NCBI GenBank assembly: GCA_965215185.1
Contig: OZ244034.1
Coordinates: 2,368,001 to 2,432,000 of the forward strand
DNA length: 64,000 bases
DNA from: Acidimicrobiia bacterium
GTDB taxonomy: Bacteria > Actinomycetota > Acidimicrobiia > Spongiisociales > ZC4RG35
Direction: 5' to 3'
Both the position numbers and the translations under genes were made by a program. Each line of letters opens with the position of its first letter. Position 1 is the first letter of the stretch. Below are positions 29,993 through 40,005 of the stretch, piece by piece. The notes under the pieces were generated by a model. That model saw only the letters and a list, made by a program, of their open reading frames with translations, made no database searches and was not told the origin of the DNA.

Positions 29993-32412
29993 ATAAGTAT
30001 GAGTGGTTAGCTGTCTCAGGTTGCTGCCATCCGCATACATGACAAAGATCTCATCATCACCGTTAAGATCACTGGTGAAGGCAATTGCATAGCCATCCGG
30101 GGACCACACAGGACCACGGTCATCAGCGTCGTTGTCGGTGAGTCGCTGCTTGTTGGACCCGTCCGCGTCCATCACATAGATCTCATCATCACCGTCACGG
30201 TTACTGGTAAAGGCCACGCGGGTCCGATCCGGTGACCACACCATCCCATCTGCCGGGCTGTAGTTGTTGTCGGCCAAGGCTTGCGGCTCGCCCCCCTCCA
30301 CATTCACTGCGAATAGCCCGAAGTTACGACCGCGGGCATTGGCTACATACAACTGCCCACCATCCAGAAACCAGACAAATCCTTCCACCGAAGTGGTGTC
30401 GTCGGTGAGCTGCCGAACATATCGGCCTTGGTCTCCCACCACAAATACCTCCAGGTCGAAGCCGGAACCCCGACTGGTGAAAGCAATTGTGGCACTGTCG
30501 GGCGCCCAAGTTGGATCCCACACCTGATAGTCACTGTCGGTCATTTGGTACAGGTTGCCGCCAACCGGATCCACCACAAAGATCTCACTGTCCCGGCCCC
30601 GGCTGCCCAGAAAAGCTATCCACATGCCGTTGGGAGACCACACCGGCCCAGTGTCATTGTCGTTGTTGTAGGTGAGTTGCTGCTGATTGGCGCCGTCATC
30701 ATCCATCAGGAGAATCTCGCTTCGGTAGGAGCGGGTGAAGGCGATGGTCTTGCCGTCAGGCGACCAGGCCTGTTCGCTTTCAGCAATGTGGTTGCTGGTG
30801 AGTTGTCGACGCGTCCCACCTTCGGCCTCTACCACGAAGATCTCGGTGTCACTGCCCAAAACGCCCTGATAGGCCACATACTTGCCGTCGGGGGACCATT
30901 CGGGATGGCTGTCCTGGATAGAGTCATCGGTGATTTGCTGTAGGTTGCCACCATCAGAATCCACTACAAAGATGTCTCCATGCAGGGAGAAGGTAATCCG
31001 CTTGCTGTCAGGCGACCACGCCGGATAGGCACCGTGTACAAGGAGGCGCGGGTTTCCGCCGTCCGAATCCATCAGAAAAATATTTGAATGGCTATAGAAG
31101 GCGATGGTTGTGCCGTCAGGCGACCACGCCAACGCCCAATCGCTGTAATCGTTGTCGGTGAGTTGTCGATCGTTAGTACCGTCCGAATCTATCAAGTAGA
31201 TCTCGGCGTTGGGATCTCCCTGAGGGTGACTGTGGTAGGCGATTCGCTTACCATCCGGTGACCAAATCAGGTCATCGATGGAAGCCCTTGGGACAGTTGG
31301 CGCAGATCCCCGCCATCGGCATTAACCACGAAGAGATCCCCCGAAGAGACAAAAGCGACTTGGGTGCCGTCAGGCGACCACGCCGGAAGCCGACCACTGG
31401 CAAGATATTGCTTGCCTTCCCCATCCGCATCAATAGCGAAGATCTCACCCCGGCTGTGGAATACAATTCGAGAACCGTCAGGCGACCACGCCGGGTCGTC
31501 TCCGTGAGTCAGGATTCGGTGATTGCTGCCGTCAGCATCCATTACCACTGCGTCATCATCCTGTCCGCGGGTGTCGTACCTGGTGAAAGCGATCCGCATC
31601 TTGGCTTGTTCAGCAACCGCGTAATCCGCAACCGGCAGGGCAACCAGACCCAGAGAACGGGCCAGGAATGTGGCCATCTCCCCTCGGGTCACCGGAACCT
31701 CGGGACAGAATCTCGCCGGGTCAGTGGCACACCCTCGCGTAACATTGGCGGCCGCCAAAGAGTCGATGCTCCCCGCGTGAGTGTTGCCCACGGTGTCAAC
31801 AAACCGGCGGAAGCAGCGGGGCGCAGACCCATGGCGCGGACGAGGAATGTTGCCATCTGCCCACGACTCACGAAAGCATCGGGACAGAACTTCTCCGGAT
31901 CGGCGCTGCGACCTTTGGTTAGACCCAACTCGGCCAGCCTTTCCACATACGGTGCCCACCACTGTCCGGCGTCCACATCCGCGAATCGCGAGGAAATCAC
32001 CGGGGCGGGCGGCGTTTGTTCCAACGCCCTCACCATCCACACCGCCATCACCCACCGCTGTAGTGCCTCTTCAGGACAGAACGCATCCTCCCCGCACTCG
32101 GTGCCCACGAATATCCCCCTACCGGCCAGCGCGTCGATCGCCGGAGCGTGAACACTGCCATTGTCATCCCCGAAGGCCCCGGATCCTTGCGCTCCCACGG
32201 GTCCCAACAGTCCCAGGACCAATCCCGCCACGCCCAGAAACACCAATGAGCCACGCAACCGAAACTTCTCCCTATCAGCAACCATCACAGACAACCTCCT
32301 CTTGGTCGGGCCGCCCGGGGCCGAGCGCCCAACCCACGTCCTGAGAAAACGCCCCCGCACGGGCTTGCCAGCACGCCACCCCACTTCAAGGTCCATCAGC
32401 CGGGCAGCCCGG

Positions 32413-34290
32413 TTACTTGCCTATCGGCGACCATGTGACACCGAAGTCATCAAGGTCGTTGTCGGTGATCTGTCGAACGTTGGAACCGTCCGCGTCCATC
32501 ACAAAAATCTGCCAGCTGCCCGCGCGATAGCTTTCGAAGGCGATATACGAACCATCGGGGGACCACACCGGGTACTCATCCTCAAAATCCGTGTTGGTAA
32601 GTTGTCGAACGTTGGAGCCGTCCGCGTCCATCACAAAGATGTTTCTGTTGCCCTCGCGTTCGCTGTGGAAAACGATGCGGGTCCCGTCTGGAGACCACGA
32701 CGCACCGCCGTCCGTCACATCATTGTCGGTTAGCAGCCTTTGGTTCAAGCCATCCGCGTCCACCACCGCCACTTCCGAATATCCCTCACTGGTACTTTCG
32801 AAAACGATGCGGGAACCATCTGGGGACCACTTTGGATACTCGTTGTCGTGTTCATTGTCGGTGAGTAGCCGCAGGTTGGAACCGTCTGGGTCCATCACAA
32901 AGACCTTCCAACCCGTGGGCTGCCGGCTCTCGAAAGCGATTAGCGAACCATCAGGAGACCATCTCGGCCCCCATTCGAAGGAATCGAAATTCGTCAGTTG
33001 CTGAACATTGGACCCGTCCGCATCCATCACATAAATGTCGCCGTCACCGTCGCGGGTACTCATGAAGACAATACGAGAACTATTGGGAGACCACGTTGGA
33101 CGTATGTCGTGGGACTCGTTGTCGGTTAGTTGCTGGAGATTGGCGCCGTCCGCATCCATCACAAACAGCTTCGCGTCGCCGTCACGGGTACTGGTGAAGA
33201 TCATCCGGCTACCGTCGGGCGACCACACCGGAAGGGAAATCCAGGGAGGCGGTGTCCGTGAGTTGCCGGCGATTCGAACCGTCAGCATCGATTGCAACCA
33301 CATCGTAGCGACGGTCGCGGTTGCTGGTGTAGGCGATCTGCGTTCCGTCAGGAGACCACACCGGATACTCGTCGTGGTGTCGGTCGTTGGTGACCGCCTG
33401 GCGGTTGGCGCCGTCCGCATCCATAACCACAATCTCCCCGTAGCCGTCCTCGTGACTCTCGAAAGCGATTCGGGTGCCGTCAGGAGACCACACCGGATCA
33501 GAATCCCTCACGTCGTTATCGGTAAGGCGGCGAGAACCATCCGCATCCATCACAAAGATCTCATCGTTTCCCTGGGCACTGGTGAACGCGAAGCGCCCAA
33601 CGGGCGCTGCAGGCAGAGGGGCAATGAGATCGAGAGCGCTGGCCAAGGAAACCGCAGAGACATTGGAACCATCCGCATTTCTCCCCGGGTCACCTCCGCG
33701 CCAGGACAAAACCGGAAACTCCCGGTCGGGCAGCCCTGCACAATACCTGCCGCAGCCGCCGCCCCGATGTTCTCCCGGCGCCTATTCCCCGCCACATCGA
33801 TGAACCCGACCACATCCACCGGCTCCAAACGCAAGGCGCGAGCCAGGAAGGTGGCCATCTGCCCGCGAGTGACCGGAGAGTTGGGACAGAACCGATCAGG
33901 TTCCGTCGCGCATCCCCTGGTCACTCCCAACTCCGCCAAGCGCTCAACATATGGCGCCCACCACTGTCCGGCGTCCACATCCTCAAATCGAGAGGTTTCC
34001 ACTGGGGCAGATGGCCCTCCCTCCAGGGCTCGGACAAGCCACACTGCAGCTACCCACCGTTCAATCATCTACTCCAGACAATCCGACTCCCCCTTACAGT
34101 CAGTGTCATCCAAAATGCCTAGCACCGCCAGTGCATTGATCGCTGTGTCTTGACGTGCCTGTTCAGCATCACCTTCTGCGTCTGCTACCACTGGACCGAA
34201 CATGCCTGACAACAGCCCCACCACCCCTAGGACCACCAGCGAACCACGATACCGCCACCGTACTCTTCCCAACAGGTGACCGCCCACCAC
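32413..34290 (-). pseudogene. SLH + PD40/TolB-like repeat surface protein (copy A), with stop and frameshifts
   Basis: Fragments 34069..34290, 33550..34068, 33209..33709 and 32413..33432 form one colinear paralogue of copy B; in-frame TAG at 34069-34071. Confidence 0.8.
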
Positions 34291-34523
34291 AGACTCCTAT
34301 TTCAATAGACACAAAATCGCGGCTAACAAGGCAATACACCACGGTTGCCGTGCGCCCATAGCAAAATGCTATTTCCGCACGCTCCCAGGACAAGGCGCCG
34401 TTTGAACGCCTACCTGTTAGGTGCCGCCTCCAGATAGCGAAGGGAGTCGAAATAGTTCTGGCGGTAGAGGTCCCCTACAAACCCGGATTCTCGTCCAACT
34501 ATCCGTCATATCCTCTGGATGAA

Positions 34524-35255
34524 ATGGTTTATCACGTGGTATGGGACTGGAACGGGACTCTTTGGGACGATCTTCCCCAGGTGCATCTGGCCACCAACGA
34601 TGCTCTCCAGTTGGTCGGCGCCGGCCCGCTTGATCTCCCCGAATACGTCAAATTGTTCACCCGGCCCCTCCCTATGTTCTACCGGCGGGCCCTCGGGCGG
34701 GATCTCACCCCATCGGAGTGGGAGCAGGTAAGTAACCGCTTTCTTGTTTCTTACGAAAGCAGTCTCCACCTCGCCCAGCTTGCCACCGAAGCCATCCCGG
34801 CCCTGGAGATGGTGGCCCATAACGGCGCCACCCAGTCGATTCTCTCACTGTATCCCCACGACTCCTTGAACACCCTGGTCGCAGAGCTTGAAATTGCCCA
34901 TTATTTCACTCGCGTCGACGGCCTGCGGGGATCTCCGGACCGAAGCAAGGTCGGCATGTTTCCTGATCACCTCCAAGAGGCGGCAAAAGGAATTCCACCG
35001 CACCGGGTAGTCATGATCGGAGACACCGATGATGATTTGACCGCCGCCCAGGCGGCCGGGAGCGCCGGGATTCTCATCAACCATCACGGATATCACCCTC
35101 TCGGGGATGCCTCACTTGATAGTTATTTCGCAGGAGGGCTGTTGCAAGCCCTGACCAGAGCAGGTTTACTTCTCCCAGAGGCTCCGAACGCGGTCTCTCC
35201 CGATAAGGACCGTCATCAGATGTTGCACAAATCCCTGGCCGCCCCGCTTAAATAG
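34524..35255 (+). CDS. HAD-family phosphatase
   Basis: Motifs WDWNGTL, SILS and MIGDT.DD. Confidence 0.85.
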   Translation: MVYHVVWDWNGTLWDDLPQVHLATNDALQLVGAGPLDLPEYVKLFTRPLPMFYRRALGRDLTPSEWEQVSNRFLVSYESSLHLAQLATEAIPALEMVAHNGATQSILSLYPHDSLNTLVAELEIAHYFTRVDGLRGSPDRSKVGMFPDHLQEAAKGIPPHRVVMIGDTDDDLTAAQAAGSAGILINHHGYHPLGDASLDSYFAGGLLQALTRAGLLLPEAPNAVSPDKDRHQMLHKSLAAPLK

Positions 35256-35284
35256 AAAAGCACCACCCGATCATCTTGGGAGCA

Positions 35285-36130
35285 ATGGATTACCAGAGTA
35301 TTCGCTACGAAGTCTCCAGCCGGATAGCCACCATCACCCTCAACCGTCCCGAACGGCTCAACGCCATCGACATGCAGATGCCGGGCGAGATCCGGGCGGC
35401 CGTGGAAGCGGCCGATGCCGACCCACAGGTTCATGTGGTGATCCTGACCGGAGCGGGCCGGGCCTTCTGCGCAGGATATGACCTGAAAGAGTTCGCCGAG
35501 CAGGCCGACGAGCCCCACACCCAGGAAATGCCTTGGGATCCCACCGTGGACTATCGGATGATGAGCCGCAACACCCGGGACTTCATGTCACTGTGGCGCT
35601 GCACCAAGCCCACCATCGCCAAGGTTCGAGGATACGCGGTGGCGGGAGGATCGGATATCGCACTGGCCTGCGACCTGGTGGTAATGGCTGAGAACGCCAA
35701 GATCGGATACCCGCCCGCCCGCGTGTGGGGCGTCCCCACCACCGCCATGTGGGTCTACCGGGTAGGCGCCGAACAAGCCAAACGGATGCTGTTGACCGGC
35801 GACCTGATCGACGGAGTGGAAGCCAGACGCATCGGTTTGGTGATGGACACCGTCCCCGAAAACCAACTCGACGCCCGGGTAGCGGAGTTGGCCGACCGGA
35901 TCAAAGGCATTCCCCGCAATCAGTTGATGATGAACAAGATGATGATCAACCAGGTGCTGGACAACATGGGACTGGCCGGAACCCAGATGCTCGCCACCCT
36001 GTTCGACGGAATTGCCCGCCATTCGCCCGAGGGCCTCTGGTTCAAGCAGCGAGCCGAACAGGTTGGGTTTGCCCAAGCGGTGCGTGAACGAGACTCCGGC
36101 CACCCCATTGCGCCTGACGTCGCCCGCTGA
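35285..36130 (+). CDS. enoyl-CoA hydratase/crotonase family protein
   Basis: Motifs ITLNRPERLNAI, GRAFCAGYDL and AVAGGSDIAL. Confidence 0.92.
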   Translation: MDYQSIRYEVSSRIATITLNRPERLNAIDMQMPGEIRAAVEAADADPQVHVVILTGAGRAFCAGYDLKEFAEQADEPHTQEMPWDPTVDYRMMSRNTRDFMSLWRCTKPTIAKVRGYAVAGGSDIALACDLVVMAENAKIGYPPARVWGVPTTAMWVYRVGAEQAKRMLLTGDLIDGVEARRIGLVMDTVPENQLDARVAELADRIKGIPRNQLMMNKMMINQVLDNMGLAGTQMLATLFDGIARHSPEGLWFKQRAEQVGFAQAVRERDSGHPIAPDVAR

Positions 36131-36225
36131 CCTCAATGCTCACAGCCAGCACTGGACATTTGACCCTTCCTCAAACCATCTCTCTTCTCTGGTTGGCCCG
36201 GACCTCAACTCCTGTCTGATCGTGT

Positions 36226-37197
36226 CTATTGTCCTTCCAACCGAGCCAAGTTGTGGTAGGTCTGGATGTAGCGGATGGTCCCGGTGCTGGCTCGCATGGT
36301 GACGCTATGAGTGATGGCCTGTTCGTGACCGAACGCCACGCCCCGTAAGAACTCACCGGTGGTCACCCCAGTGGCGGCCAGATAGGCTTCGCCTCCTCCC
36401 ACCAGATCGGCGGTGGTCATCACTTGATCGAGGTCCTGATCATGTTCTCTCGCATATTGGCGCTGCTGTTCCGTGCCCGCCCATAGACGCGTTTGGATCT
36501 CTCCCCCCATGCATCTCATCGCAGCGGCTGCTATCACAGCCTCCGGCGATCCTCCGATACCCACCAGCAGATCGATTCCCGTCTCAGGCTGAGCCGTGGC
36601 GATCGCCGCAGAGACGTCACCGTCACCGATTAGCCGGATCCGCGCTCCCACTGCGCGGACCTCCCTCATGTAATCCTGGTTGCGGGAACGGTCCAACATG
36701 ATCACCGTCAACTGGTCGAGGTCCAGGCCCTTTGCCTTGGCCACCTGGCGGAGATTGTGGCTCACCGGGGCCTCCAAATCGATCACTCCCACGGCCTCCG
36801 GGCCCACCACCAACTTGTCCATGTAGACCAGACCCCCGGGTGAGAACATGGTCCCCCGCTCAGATAAGGCGATGACCGACAGAGCTCCCGGGCCCCCACG
36901 AGCGGTCAGGGCGGTGCCGTCCACCGGATCGACGGCTATGTCGACCCGGGCGCCTCGTCCGCTCCCCACTCGTTCCCCGTTGTGAAGCATGGGAGCGTGG
37001 TCCTTTTCCCCCTCTCCGATCACCACCACTCCGTCCAGATCGATGGTGCCCAGATGTTCGCGCATCCCATCCACCGCCGCCTGGTCAACGGCCTCTTTGT
37101 TGGCTCTCCCCTGCCAATGGGCAGCAGCGATTGCCGCCCGCTCCGTTACTTTGGCCAAATCGAAGGTGTAACTGTGACCGGAGACCGAGGCCATCAC
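36226..37197 (-). CDS. glpX: class II fructose-1,6-bisphosphatase
   Basis: Motifs VVIGEGEKD.APML, DIAVDPVDGT, DGDV and GIGGSPE. Confidence 0.95.
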   Translation of the reverse strand: MMASVSGHSYTFDLAKVTERAAIAAAHWQGRANKEAVDQAAVDGMREHLGTIDLDGVVVIGEGEKDHAPMLHNGERVGSGRGARVDIAVDPVDGTALTARGGPGALSVIALSERGTMFSPGGLVYMDKLVVGPEAVGVIDLEAPVSHNLRQVAKAKGLDLDQLTVIMLDRSRNQDYMREVRAVGARIRLIGDGDVSAAIATAQPETGIDLLVGIGGSPEAVIAAAAMRCMGGEIQTRLWAGTEQQRQYAREHDQDLDQVMTTADLVGGGEAYLAATGVTTGEFLRGVAFGHEQAITHSVTMRASTGTIRYIQTYHNLARLEGQ

Positions 37198-38384
37198 TCC
37201 ACCCTTATAACCAATGCATCACCCTGGCCGCCGCCGCCGCACAGGGTCGCCGCTCCGTAACCACCGCCGGCCTCTCGCAACGCATTGACCAGAGTGACCA
37301 CCAGGCGGGCGCCGGTGGCGCCGATGGGATGCCCCAAGGCTACGGCCCCCCCGTATACATTGACTTTCTCAAATGGGATTCCCAGAACTTGGGCCGACCA
37401 CAAAGAAACCGCGGCGAATGCCTCGTTGATTTCAACCATGGCCAGATCGGATGGAGCTAGGTCAGCCCGTTTGAGCGCCACCGCCAAAGCGTCGGCCGGC
37501 CGCTCATGAAGCGTGGCGTCAGGTCCCGCCGACTGGCCATAGGAAAGTATCTCCGCCAGGATCGGGACGCCGATGGCCTCGGCTGCCGAGCGACTTGCCA
37601 CCACCAACGCCGCCGCTCCGTCCGAGATCTGCGACGAGTTCCCAGCTGTCAGCGTTCCCTCGGAAGTAAAGGCACTGCGCAGTCCTGCTAGCTTGTCGGC
37701 GGTGATTCCGGGGCGGATGCCTTCATCGGCTGCCATGGTCACCGGGTTGCCGCGGTGTTGGGGGACCTCCACCGCAACGACCTCCCGGGAAAAGTGGCCC
37801 TCATCAGTGGCGTGGGCGGCCCGGCGATGACTCTCTGCGGACCATTCGTCCTGCTGAGCGCGAGTGAGGCCCAATTTGGTGTTGACCCCATCCGACATCT
37901 CGCCCATAGTGCACTTGTTGAAAGCACAGAACAGACCGTCGTGAGTCATGACATCCACCAACGCCGCGTCTCCCATCCGCCGCCCGGAGCGCAGACCTCG
38001 CAGCATGTGGGGTGCATTGCTCATCGACTCCATTCCTCCCGCCACCACGAAGTTCGCCTCGCCCAAACGAATGGACTGGGACGCCAAGTTCAAGGCAACC
38101 AGACCCGAAATACACACCTTGTTGACGTTCAAGGCGGGAACCGTCATGGGCAGACCGGCTCTGATCGCCGCCTGGCGGGCCGTGATTTGACCCTCTCCTC
38201 CCACCAGAACGTGACCGAAAACCACTTCGTCTACATCGCCCGGGGAAACGCCGGAACGCGCCAAGGCTGCCGCGATGGCCCGTCCTCCCAGATCAACAGC
38301 CCGCAGCGGCGCCAGACCTCCCAGGTACCGACCGATGGGCGTACGGGCGATAGAACAAATGACGGGATTGGCAAGACTCATCAT
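37194..38384 (-). CDS. acetyl-CoA C-acyltransferase (thiolase)
   Basis: Motifs NKVCISG, GGMESMS, EINEAF, GHPIGATG and LCGGGGQG. Confidence 0.95.
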   Translation of the reverse strand: MMSLANPVICSIARTPIGRYLGGLAPLRAVDLGGRAIAAALARSGVSPGDVDEVVFGHVLVGGEGQITARQAAIRAGLPMTVPALNVNKVCISGLVALNLASQSIRLGEANFVVAGGMESMSNAPHMLRGLRSGRRMGDAALVDVMTHDGLFCAFNKCTMGEMSDGVNTKLGLTRAQQDEWSAESHRRAAHATDEGHFSREVVAVEVPQHRGNPVTMAADEGIRPGITADKLAGLRSAFTSEGTLTAGNSSQISDGAAALVVASRSAAEAIGVPILAEILSYGQSAGPDATLHERPADALAVALKRADLAPSDLAMVEINEAFAAVSLWSAQVLGIPFEKVNVYGGAVALGHPIGATGARLVVTLVNALREAGGGYGAATLCGGGGQGDALVIRVE

Positions 38385-38487
38385 CTACAGGGAGGGTAGT
38401 TGAGTGCTCGGGCAGCCTTTTTCGATTGTTGCCCTTTGCCCGTAACCTGAGGGTGTTTTGTAGTGTCTAAAGGCCGGACAGCGGGTA

Positions 38488-38901
38488 TTGCTTATCAAAC
38501 TCTTGAACCTTGATCACGTCGGCATAGCCGTGCATAACCTTGACCACGCCTTGGGCGAGTACCGGACCAAATACGGGATCACCCCCTTGTATCGGGAGAC
38601 GGTCGCCTCGCAGGGAGTGGAGGAGGCGATGCTTCCTTTGGGCGGATCATTCATCCAATTGCTCCAGCCGCTCGGACCCGACACTCCGGTGGGCCGGTTC
38701 CTGGCCAGGAATGGAGAAGGAGTTCACCACCTGGCAATGGCGGTGGCCGACATCGAGGTGGCCTTGGAACATCTGAAGTCCCAAGGAGCAAGACTGGTCG
38801 ATTCCAAGCCTCGTCAGGGCGGCGGAGGTAACCGGATCGCTTTCGTTCATCCCCGCGATTTGGCGGGGACGCTGATCGAATTGGTGGAGCCATCCCAATG
38901 A
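38488..38901 (+). CDS. mce: methylmalonyl-CoA epimerase
   Basis: Motifs LDHVGIAV, GEGVHHLA and IAFVHP..GTLIELVE. Confidence 0.88.
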   Translation: MLIKLLNLDHVGIAVHNLDHALGEYRTKYGITPLYRETVASQGVEEAMLPLGGSFIQLLQPLGPDTPVGRFLARNGEGVHHLAMAVADIEVALEHLKSQGARLVDSKPRQGGGGNRIAFVHPRDLAGTLIELVEPSQ

Positions 38902-39173
38902 TTGACAGGTTCGAGATAAAAGGCGGGGCCGGTGAATACGAGGCGGCAGTGCTGGCGGCGGTGTTAGAGCAGGTTCGGAGACGAAAGCAGGCAGCCCGGG
39001 CTCGTCGCCCTCACGCTTCCAAGCAACTGTCCGCCTGGATGCGAGCCGGGCGACTTACTCCCGCCGATCTTATGCCGCGCCCCGACCCAGGCCTCAACGG
39101 CAACACGGCTCCCACCAGACCACCCGAACAACCCTGGCTGAAAACTTCTGCTCGACCAGGGGCATTCGGCTGA
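38898..39173 (+). CDS. small protein resembling acyl-CoA carboxylase epsilon subunit
   Basis: EIKGG...EAAVLAAVL...SAW pattern; coupled to mce. Confidence 0.45.
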   Translation: MIDRFEIKGGAGEYEAAVLAAVLEQVRRRKQAARARRPHASKQLSAWMRAGRLTPADLMPRPDPGLNGNTAPTRPPEQPWLKTSARPGAFG

Positions 39174-39323
39174 ATCACTGTTTAGCGCGATACGCCCAAG
39201 TCAGTGCCCGGGGATGGGCTGTAAGGTAGTGAGCAGGTAAACTTTGCCGTGGCAAACCTTCCGGTGCAGCAAGGCCGCAAAGAACGCTGGTGGGACTTTA
39301 CAACTAAGGGAAGGAACAGCTTC

Positions 39324-39974
39324 ATGCTGAGATTCGCAGAGGAAATCATCCTGCTCCTGCTTCGTGATCATGATGGAAGGTTCGTGCGCGTGCCCAACTG
39401 GTCGCTCGAGTACGGCATCGCGGGCGGGGTGCTGATGGACCTGGCAATGGAGAACCGGATCGATACCGACCTTGAGAATTTGGTTTTGATCGACTCCACG
39501 CCGGTTGGCGACAGCCTGCTGGACCCAACGTTGGCCGAGATAGCCGCAGAAGGGATGAAACCTACCCGGTACTGGGTGGAACGAACCGTGGAACACGCCC
39601 GCGCTCTCCACGAGGAGGCCTTATCGAGGCTGGTGGAACGCGGCATCCTGGAGCGCCAGGAAAAACGTGTTCTGTGGGCATTTCGGTCCCGCCGCTATCC
39701 GACTGTGGACGGCAAGGCGGAGCGGGAGGTGAAGCTGCGCATCATGGAGGTCCTTTTCGGCCAAGAGATCCCCGACCCCCGCGACGTAATGCTCATCTGC
39801 CTGGTAGATGGGTGCGGCATTTTCAGCGAACTGCTCTCCAAGCACGAACTTAGCAATGCGGCTGACCGCATCGCTCAGGTCCGCCAGATGGACCTCATCG
39901 GCCAGGCCACCTCGCAGGCAATCCGTGACATCGAATTGTCGATCGCCGTGTCGGTTCAGCCCCACATGTACTAA
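39324..39974 (+). CDS. GPP34 (GOLPH3-like) family protein
   Basis: Motifs FAEEIILLLL, AGGVLMDLA..NRI, GDSLLD and L..RGIL..EKRVLW.F.SRRYP. Confidence 0.82.
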   Translation: MLRFAEEIILLLLRDHDGRFVRVPNWSLEYGIAGGVLMDLAMENRIDTDLENLVLIDSTPVGDSLLDPTLAEIAAEGMKPTRYWVERTVEHARALHEEALSRLVERGILERQEKRVLWAFRSRRYPTVDGKAEREVKLRIMEVLFGQEIPDPRDVMLICLVDGCGIFSELLSKHELSNAADRIAQVRQMDLIGQATSQAIRDIELSIAVSVQPHMY

Positions 39975-40005
39975 CCGGTACGAAGGCGCGCCGATCTCAC
40001 AGCAA

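Larger units (their letters stand above)
28496..30004 (-). mobile_element. IS110-family insertion sequence (1509 bp, no terminal inverted repeats, single shared core base at 28495/30005)
   Basis: Removing 28496-30005 restores the host reading frame ...LRQLT|DNDYADQAPAWMPGR*. Right end TTGACAACCATAGGAGCAT; encodes a DEDD transposase. Confidence 0.92.
28447..32285 (-). pseudogene. SLH + PD40/TolB-like repeat surface protein (copy B), frameshifted and interrupted by IS110
   Basis: Signal peptide and SLH repeats (ORFs 31689..32396, 31267..32055), many WSPDG repeats (29933..31195), frame breaks near 31820 and 31275; last 15 codons at 28447-28494. Confidence 0.8.

Noticed and set aside
29933-30004. 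C-terminus THTYRCPQAGAG... of ORF 29933..31195
   Set aside because: Read-through into the IS110 left end; the true tail lies at 28447-28494.
34069-34071. In-frame TAG as pyrrolysine or programmed readthrough
   Set aside because: The same gene has further frameshifts, so pseudogenisation or sequence error is simpler.
29933-34290. Regularly spaced repeats as a CRISPR array or a DGR template/variable pair
   Set aside because: The repeats are degenerate protein-coding PD40 blades. No constant repeat-spacer pattern, cas gene or reverse transcriptase was seen, and no adenine-specific variation was evident.
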